NCBI GenBank assembly: GCA_951406725.2
Contig: OX597822.1
Span: forward strand, 44,950,001 to 45,014,000
Direction of reading: 5' to 3'
DNA: 64,000 bases
From: Octopus vulgaris
Taxonomy: Eukaryota
Below, in pieces: positions 54,581-64,000 of this stretch (its first letter is position 1; each line of letters opens with the position of its first letter). The notes below the pieces were generated by a model. That model searched no databases, had not been told where the DNA came from, and saw only the letters and a list, made by a program, of their open reading frames with translations. A program made the translations under genes and the position numbers.

Positions 54581-55063
54581 GCCATCAGGGCCGTTGGAGT
54601 CTTCTTGTTCGCTTCTCCGTGTGTTCCCTTGCGTTCGTTCGGAAAGAGATGTTTGCGTTCTTGGAATCCACGATGCTTCTAAGACACTGGGAAAGGAAAA
54701 AATCAAGCGGAAACACGTCTACAAACAAAAATATATACCCACGTCTGGGCACACGCACGCGCACACACGCGCACACACGCGCACACACACACACACACAC
54801 ATAAACACATACTCATGCACGCACACAAATACATGCACGCATACACACACATACACACATACGTAAACACCCACACACACAAATACACACACATATTCGA
54901 ACACACACACGCATGCACACACACTCACACACACACACACATACGCATACATTCGCACAAACACACACACACTTAAGACTTATTCTCACTCGCACATACG
55001 TAAACACAAGCTTATACGCACGTTATGCTTATACACTTATGTGTATACGTGTTGGGCTGTATT

Positions 55064-55103
<40 letters not shown>

Positions 55104-55200
55104 TGTGTCTATGCTTGTTTACGCGCCCGTTCTGATAATCTGTGTAATATTATAAAATGAATGTATATCTTACTTTTTATCACAATCTCTTGGTAAATAT

Positions 55201-55330
<130 letters not shown>

Positions 55331-55469
55331 CATCAATATATCAACCAATCTATATTAACTCACATGCTTGTAAATGAGATATGTATGTGTGTGTACGTAC
55401 ATATTCATAAATCATATATATATATACATATATATATATACATATATATATATACATATATATATATAC

Positions 55470-55539
<70 letters not shown>

Positions 55540-55935
55540 CAAAGCATATACATACATTTAGAAACACATATATGTGCGTATCTGATTTTCATAAGAAAAA
55601 AGAAAATCCTGTGTAAGAATATTGAAAGATTGAACAACAGAACAGAAAGGGAATAACGAAAGATAACGCAACGTAACGCAATCAGATATACAAGAAGAGG
55701 AAGGAGAAGAAGAAGAACAATCTTCACATAAACACTCAGTTTATTGGTTGTGTTAATAAAGAACTTTACCGCCGCTGCATCGATATTTCACAAAACAAGA
55801 CCCGGAAGGATGAACACTAATAAAGAATTCAAACTTATTTTTCTCCTGCCTATTTATTCATTGAATGTTTTTCTAACACTCGTTTCGATTTTTTACTCAT
55901 TGTCTGTGCTTTTACCTGTATTTGTTAGACATATG

Positions 55936-55994
<59 letters not shown>

Positions 55995-55999
55995 CATCA

Positions 56000-56057
<58 letters not shown>

Positions 56058-56328
56058 TATTATTTTAGCTTTACGTATCTATATTTGTGTGTTTGTATGG
56101 GTGTGTGTGTGTGTGTGCCTATGAAGAGAAAGAGGGTGAGGGACGGAGGGACGGAGGGACGGAGGGATGTAGAGGTGCAGAACTAAATGGACAGAGAGGA
56201 TGAGTGAAGGACTGGAGTAGAGAAGGGCACGGAGAGAAAATTGATAGAAATAGTTATTTTTCTTCATCTCGTCATTTAGCAGTTCATTTGTATGTCGCAT
56301 TGTATATGTCAATATGTCTGTGTATATA

Positions 56329-56418
<90 letters not shown>

Positions 56419-56621
56419 TACTTACATACATATGCATATATATATATATAAACATATATACACAGATATATATGAATGCTTATATATATATATAGAGAGA
56501 GATACATATATACATAAATATACATATATATATGTATGTATATGTACATACATATATATATATATATACGTATATACATATATATGTATATATATGTGTG
56601 TATGTATGTATGTATGTATGT

Positions 56622-56695
<74 letters not shown>

Positions 56696-56824
56696 TACTC
56701 ATGCATTTAAATATTTATATATTTATATCTATGAAAAATTATTAACACTTGTATCTATAGCAGTGGAATCTGAAGTATGAGCTTTTAGTAAAAGGTTTTG
56801 GTAGCTTTGTTCCATTTCAAAAGA

Positions 56825-56863
<39 letters not shown>

Positions 56864-56900
56864 TATATATATGTATGTATGTATGTATGAATAAATATGT

Positions 56901-56947
<47 letters not shown>

Positions 56948-57431
56948 ACCTTTGTGAATATTTCAATATAAATGTTTTCGTGATTCGTGTTTCTAAAAAA
57001 CACAGTGAAGGAAATATATTTTTTAATACTTTTTTTTTTGTCTACTCTTACAAATCTAAATTATGAGAAATTTTTTCCCCCGACATTAAATCAGTTATGT
57101 AAATTCATTTGTATTAGTAATATTTATGAGAGTATTTTTGTATTCTTGTACAATATTAGTTTTTAAATGAAAAGTATTTATCGAAGGAAAAAAAAACTCT
57201 TAGTTCATAGCCTTTAACAGTTTGTTGGATAAACCTTGGAAAGCTTCAAATAGGCGGAATCCTTTTCGAGTGTATGCGAGTAGTGGAGACCAGAAATCGA
57301 AGGTTGTGATGATAAATGGTACTTCACTAGTTAACCCTTAATTCAAACAAACATAATCCTGAATTTGTTTGTGCGTGTCTGAACATGTGCTTGCACATTT
57401 GCATATGTGTGTATATATTTATGTATGTGCG

Positions 57432-57462
<31 letters not shown>

Positions 57463-57576
57463 GTGTGTGTAAATATATATATACATACATATATATATAC
57501 ATACATATGTATATACATATATATATACATATATATATACATATATATATGCATATATATACATATATATACATAC

Positions 57577-57619
<43 letters not shown>

Positions 57620-57710
57620 TATATACATATATATACATATATATAAATACATATATATATATATACATATATATACATAGATATATATATAGATATATAT
57701 ATAGATATAT

Positions 57711-57743
<33 letters not shown>

Positions 57744-57868
57744 CATACATATATATATACATACACACACACACACACATATACATATATACATATATAT
57801 ACATACATATATGTATATATATAGATATAGATATAAAGTATGCATGCACACATATATACATACATATA

Positions 57869-58455
57869 CGAGGGGAAGTTTAAAATATACTTCGCACTTT
57901 CGCCATATCATCTCTATTATTGTCGCACTGCCTTCTGCTCATGCGTGGTTATAGTTGGTACTATTGTGGTCACGTGATCGAAGTTTGAACATGATCGCAG
58001 CATTTTTTTTCTCTCGCTTTACAGGGTAAGCATAACCGCCTCCACTAGCAATGTATACCAAAGAAGAAAAGAGAGCAGTGAACCGATTTCTCTGGAAAAG
58101 ATGTGTACGATCTACAGGGCAAGATACAGTGCTTTGCTGGCCAACAAACTGAAGCCAGCAATTCGCACCAAATGCCGAAGCGTATTGTCGAAAAAAGTTT
58201 TGTTGTTGCATGACAATTCACGGCGACACACACGGCCGACCAGACCGTTGAAACCATTAACCAACTGGATTCTGAGGTGCTGGAACATTCAGACTATAGC
58301 CTAGATCTCGCTCCTTGAGACTGTCATATCTTTGGACAGCTCAAAGATGATTAACGAAGTCGTCGATTTCCTACAGATGAATATATGAAGGAAGCGGTGT
58401 GTAGACAGTTGCACGATGAACCGAAAACCTTCTTCTTGGAGGGAATACGCAGGGA
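57869..58455 (+). pseudogene. Internally deleted mariner relic
   Basis: TA-CGAGGGG start; YTKEEKRAVNRFLW is joined to LKPAIRTK..LLLHDN, YSLDLAP, RRF..DE and KTFFLEGI. Confidence 0.8.
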
Positions 58456-58466
58456 AAAGACAAAGA

Positions 58467-58525
<59 letters not shown>

Positions 58526-59151
58526 GAAGGAAGGAAGGAAGGAAGGAAGGAAGGAAGGAAGGAAGGAAGGAAGGAAGGAAGGAAGGAAGGAAGAAAGACA
58601 GAAAGGAAGGAAGGAAGGAAGGAAGAAAGAAAGAGAGAGAAAAAGAGGGAGAGAGAGAAAAAGAGAGACAGACAGACAGACAGAGAGAAAGAAAGAAACA
58701 ATGAAAGAAAGAAAGAAATGAAGGAAGGAAGGAAGGAAGGAAGGAAGGAAGGAAGAAAGGAAGGAAGGAAGGAAGAAAGGAAGAAAGACAGAAAGGAAGG
58801 AAGAAAGAAAGAGAGAGAAAAAGAGGGAGAGAGAGAAAAAGAGAGACAGACAGACAGACAGAGAGAAAGAAAGAAAGAATGAAAGAAAGGAAGAAAGAGA
58901 AAGAATGAGAGAGAGAAAGAATGAAAGAAAGAATGAAAGAATGAGAGGGAGAAAGAAGGAAAGAAGGAAAGAAAGAAAAATGACAGAAAGAGAGAAACAA
59001 ACAAACAAACAAAAGACAAAAAGAGGGAGAAAGAAAGAAAGAATCAATGAAATAATTAATTAATGAAAGAAAGGAAAGAAACAAACACTCAAACAAAAAC
59101 AAAAGAGAGAAAAAGAGAGAGAGAAAGAGAGGGAAAGAAGGAAAGAAGGAG

Positions 59152-59209
<58 letters not shown>

Positions 59210-59400
59210 GAAGGAAGGAAGGAAGAAAGAAAAAAGGAAGGAAGGAAGGAAGGAAGGAAAGAAAGAAGGAAAGAAACAGAGAAAGAAGAAAGAAGGAGTG
59301 GACGAATTAAATAAAGAAAGAGAAAAGGATAGAGCTAGCGAAAGAAAGAAAAACATGAAGGAGTGAGAGAGAGGGGTGGCTGGAGAAGTGAAAGCAAGAA
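58455..59400. repeat. Polypurine (GAAA)/(GGAA)n tract with internal duplication
   Basis: Direct inspection. Confidence 0.95.
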
Positions 59401-59409
59401 AGTCGAAAC

Positions 59410-61445
59410 TGTTATAATTCTTATCTCTTTATTGTCGTTGGTAATTTTCTCGCCAATGCTTTTCACTTTGAGTCATTTTCAGCTTTTAACGAATTCTTCC
59501 TTTTAACCATTAAAAATCCATGTGCTATCATCTGTATAATATGTGGCTTAGCATTTGAGAACTGTTATCATAATGATATTAATAAAATATTTAATTAACA
59601 ATTATATTATATTAACTACGAGACTTAAAAGATAAAAATTATTATTATTAAGCATTTAAATATTTTATCGTAATTAAAATTTAAATTTTGAAATATCGGT
59701 TCTTCTAAAGTTGGAGTAAATAATGGATGCGAGGAAAAGATGATGGAGAGGATAGGTTTTGAAATGTATAGACGAGGGTTATTTAGGATTGAAGTTTAGG
59801 GGGTGGGGTGGTATATGTCTGAAGTATCTTGTTTTTTTTTCTTTCTTTTACTTGTTGCAGTCATTGGATTGCGGCCATGCCGGGGTGCTCTTTTGAAGGC
59901 TTTTACTCTAACAAATCACCTCCCGTACTCACTGTTCTTTTTCAGCGTCTTATTTATTCTATCGATTTCTTTCACCGAACTGCTAAGTTAGGAGGATGTA
60001 CACCCACCGACAACGCCTGAGCAGATGTTGTTACAATGCGATCTTCTTTTTCTCATCGACCTTTTGATTAGCTTTATAGAACGCTTTTCATTTTAACGAA
60101 ATTCAAGGGGGTTTTTTGACAATCGTTTAAATCTAGTCAAAAATATACTCAGTCCCTTCACATAAGCGGACCTTCATGTATATATGTTGAGCGTGAAGGA
60201 AAATTAACTGAAGGTATGTGGGTACGAATTAAACTCTGGTGTGTTTAGTACCTCTTCTAGGCGGGCATCAATTTAGTATTCTGTGTTGGGGTAACATATC
60301 TCTATTTTAGAATTTGTTCTTGTCCTTATAAATGTGAGAAATTAGGGAATACTGTTTCACATTTTTCCTGCTGCTAATAAAATTTATGGTCTTCTATTAG
60401 CATAGCACAACAACAAGGTCCAATCCTTGTTTCAATGTGGTGGCTTATGTGCCTCAATGACCCCGAGAGTGATGCTAACGGAGCGTAATATCCTGGCCAG
60501 ACCTTCCATGCTAGGCAAGTCAAAAAGTAGAGACCAGACTTTTGTACTACCTCTTACCGGAGTTGCAGAAGCATCGATGACAACTGAAAAACAAAAAGAA
60601 TAATGGAGGAAAGTCGTCAATGGCTTATACTCCGTACGGAGGGAAAGATTTTAAGTAAGTATTAACGTAGGAAAATCTTACATTGTATGCTTACATTTCA
60701 AAGCCCATTTATTAAGCATGGTTGTGTTACGAAATGTGTGGGCATATCAGTCATAGCGCGTTTTGAAAGGGGCTAAAGTAAGTAATGTGTATATTTTTGC
60801 TAAGTATTCTGCAGTAAGGTTTTCGTTTACATTAAGATTCAATCGGACAATTTGATTTAGTTGCTACATTTGCATTTATATTTAATTTAGTTCATTGGAG
60901 GTTTGTTTTTGAAAATATATTGGGTTAGTGAAATACCTTAATTTTGTTGACGAGGGATTGTCAAATTTTGTCTTCAACTGTATTTGAGGAATTGACAAAC
61001 TCTCATAAATCTTGTAAAAATGCAAATCTTTGCAAGGATCTAATTTAAGATCAATGAGAGATAAATACATACTTCTGTGCCATACTTCCTCTAAAATATT
61101 CATCCATAAAGTTTCATATTTACACCTACCTTTTAAACATCAAATTCACCATTCACATCAATGTATAATTATTTTAATTTTAGTTATGATGTAATATTTA
61201 AATGCTTGATACTACCAAAATAATATTTTATTTATCTTTTAGGTCTCGTAATTAATATAATATACATTCTTAGTTTAACATTTTATTGATACCTTCATGG
61301 AAACATTTTTATCTGTTACGTCTCATATTCTACGTCACAGTACAGATAACAGTACATATGATTGCTTCAAAAATAAAATTAAACAAATTTATAAACAGCG
61401 TAGACGCTGAAAATATATGACATTTGATTGACAAAACTTATAACA
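59410..61445. mobile_element. Long-TIR DNA transposon relic (Mutator/Foldback-like)
   Basis: Diverged AT-rich inverted arms ~59410-59700 vs ~61150-61445 (TTAACTACGAGACTTAAAAGATAAA / TTTATCTTTTAGGTCTCGTAATTAA; AAGCATTTAAATATT / AATATTTAAATGCTT). Confidence 0.6.
60420..60662 (+). mobile_element. Bipartite RTE-derived non-autonomous element
   Basis: 5' CCTTGT..GGCTTATGTGCCTCAATGACCCCGAGAG (RTE 5'UTR-like) is fused to 3' WRKVVNGLYS and a TTAAGTAAGTA tail. Confidence 0.6.
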
Positions 61446-62539
61446 ATCTTTTATTTCTTTTTTTATTTCTTTCTCTGTTTTTTTCTTATTTTCTGTTATT
61501 TCTCTTCTATTTTATCTTTATACTTTCTATGGCCGCTATTTAACACTCTCTAATAAGAACCGCTCCCGATTTCATCAAATGACTGCCTCTCTTTGTCCTT
61601 TTGATACAAAAACTTACATACTGGAATAATGACAAACTTTCAACGATGCTTGAAAACCTTCTAGTGCTACAGAGAAAGAGTGCACATGCGTAGCGTATAG
61701 GCCTTTAATTATTATATATTATATTATATAATACACTCTGATAAACGACATCGAGTTTGTTGGGGGTGGTGGTTGTGTGTGTGCTGTGGAATATGATCAT
61801 ACGTGGTCTGTGCTGACAAGGAGAATAAAATATACGAGTTGAGGTAATTTATTTGTTCAAAGCTGCCGATAACTTCATTACGACGCCATAAGTCAAACCT
61901 GGTTGTATTTATTTAGTCGACGAAAATGTATAAAAGCAAAAGCAGGAAATTCTAAGAGGTGATGGAGTGACTATTCAGCTTCAAACACACACACACACAC
62001 ACACACTCACATACAAGCAGTTCCTCATACGCAGATACAGGCGCAGGCATATAAGCATATATGCATATACAGGTATAAATATACATCCACATAATTATAG
62101 ATGTATGCATATATATTTGCACATATATATAACAACTCATACACACATGTATGTAGGTATGTAGGCACCTGAAAGAGCGTTAGATTAAAGTTGCGATTTC
62201 TACAAAATATACAATGTATATACAAAACTAGTGTGATGCCAGTTGCGTTATTTTGTCTCCGACAGACTTTTAATAAAAGACTGAGTATTAAAAACTCACA
62301 AATCACTCAGAATGACAATAAGGGATCGTTAGATACCGAGAGGTTTTAACATATTTTGGTCTCTTCAGTGATGAAATACTACAGCATAATGTGAGCTAAA
62401 TTGAAATCTTTTTTTTTCTCCCTACATAAAAATCAGCAGACAAAACAATCACAGTGTTAAGGCTTTAAGTTAATATACGCTCTTGAAACAAACAACATCT
62501 TACTAAATTAAAAATTTGCGTAATATTGGTTTCAACTTT

Positions 62540-62710
62540 TGACACAAGGCCAGCAATTTCGTGAAAGGGAGTAAGCCGATTACATCGACCTCAGTGCTCA
62601 GATGGTAAAGTCGACCTCGGTGGAATTAGGAAATCAGGATGTAAAGACGGATGAAGTACCGCATAGCATATTGTCCGGTGTGCTAATGATTCTGCCAGCT
62701 TGCCGCCTTA
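62540..62710 (-). mobile_element. SINE family B, diverged
   Basis: Ends GATTCTGCCAGCTTGCCGCCTT on plus; contains AAAGTCGACCTCGG. Confidence 0.7.
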
Positions 62711-62868
62711 TTGCGATATGTGCAATATTGATGAAGAATACGCAAGCGTAGAACGGCGCCGGATGGAATATTGGATATCAGAGAAATTTCTCTCAAAAGA
62801 GTCTGTGAGTTAAAAAAACAGAGAAATCGCTGAAATTGTTGTATGCCTGTATGTGTATACACACTAAC

Positions 62869-62964
<96 letters not shown>

Positions 62965-63061
62965 TGTGTGTCTGTGTGTGTGTCTCTCTGTGTGTGTCTC
63001 TGTGTGTGTGCGTGATGTATATTTATGTATATATATGTATACATATGTGTATATATATATA

Positions 63062-63111
<50 letters not shown>

Positions 63112-63909
63112 TATATTATATGATGTATAAAAACATGTAATATACAAATAAATATCTGTAAATATAAAACCATCCGAATTTCTGAGTACCTCATTTCTTC
63201 TAATATAAAATACCTGTATATCATCTCCAAAACTTCTAATATAGCATATATATATATATATATATATTGCTTATGGCCACTTTAATGTCGCTGCCCCTTA
63301 AGAGACGACAATAATGCTATTTAACCCCAGGAATATATCTCCTCCTGCTGGTTTATTCAGTGCTCTTCTGGTACCCGATATTTATTGCAAGCGGGAGATA
63401 ACCCCTGCAAACATGGTTTCTAACGGACTACTTTCTTCTCTGTGCGCGCGCGTCTGTGTGTGTGTGTAAGAAAACTAAGGCTAAACACAAGTGTACATTA
63501 AAGTACGTCAGTGTGTTTCACCATTCTGGTTGTTCGGAGCCTTGCGATACACGGGGTTTCGGGACATGCCGGCAGTGTGTTACTTATCGCCGGCAATGTC
63601 CCGACGGTCGGTTTCTACGAGTGAAAGACAGTGCTCCAGCCTGGTCACAATCAAAATGACTGAAACAAGTAAAAGAATAATAAAATATGATCTATTCATT
63701 TCAATACTACGGGATGGTCACCCAAATCGTTAGAAACCATAAGTGAGAAGCACATTCTTTCTTATTTTCTCTGATATTTTGTTATTTAATGAATCCGTAT
63801 TTTCCTAGAGTGAAAGTTCCATTAATGTATTCCCATTTGGTAACTCTGGTAATTGTAAAGGGCGAATTCTACCGCTACGATCTATTTCCTGTGATTATAT
63901 AATGAAACT

Positions 63910-64000
63910 GTGGAGGTGCAATGGCCCAGTGGTTAGCGCATCGGACTTGCAGTCATAGGATCGCGGTTTCGATTCCCAGATCGAGCGTTGTGAGTGCTTA
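63910..64000 (+). mobile_element. SINE family A head (runs off the window)
   Basis: GTGGAGGTGCAATGGCCCAGTGGTTAG...GGTTTCGATTCCC. Confidence 0.8.

Noticed and set aside
62335-62385. Minus-strand CTGAAGA-GACC...GTT-AAAA-CCTCTCGG-TA
   Set aside because: GAAA is replaced and stem I is unpaired; at best a decayed hammerhead.
63910-63990. tRNA gene (also ~870-950, ~23670-23748, ~38400-38485, ~40915-40985)
   Set aside because: The A/B boxes continue into SINE bodies and there is no proper acceptor stem; these are SINE heads.

Overview
AT-rich eukaryotic non-coding DNA, densely filled with microsatellites and transposable elements. The SINE families and (TA)n/(GATA)n/(TAA)n content resemble octopus (cephalopod) genomes; this is an inference from pattern recognition. 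No intact host gene is evident, and almost all ORF-track entries are microsatellite artefacts. Recognisable elements: a Penelope-like (PLE) RT-thumb/GIY-YIG ORF; a Tx1-clade LINE in 4 copies, all at (TATC)n arrays; R4/Dong-like LINE ends beside (TAA)n; RTE and CR1 3' ends; a full-length frameshifted mariner and a second mariner relic; a deleted pogo/Tigger; Helitron/HINE-like elements; MITE-like foldbacks; three tRNA-headed SINE families; and a 1.8 kb minisatellite. Main hidden signals: (1) about a dozen well-formed type I hammerhead ribozyme motifs from at least 7 unrelated short element families, with family-specific palindromic stem III, inverted-pair arrangements, a CUGUNGA core variant and a tRNA-head+hammerhead chimera; (2) a (TATC)n-targeting Tx1 LINE whose 3' tail is shared with a SINE variant that joins other SINE copies at a recurrent nucleotide. 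All coordinates were read by eye and may be off by a few bases.
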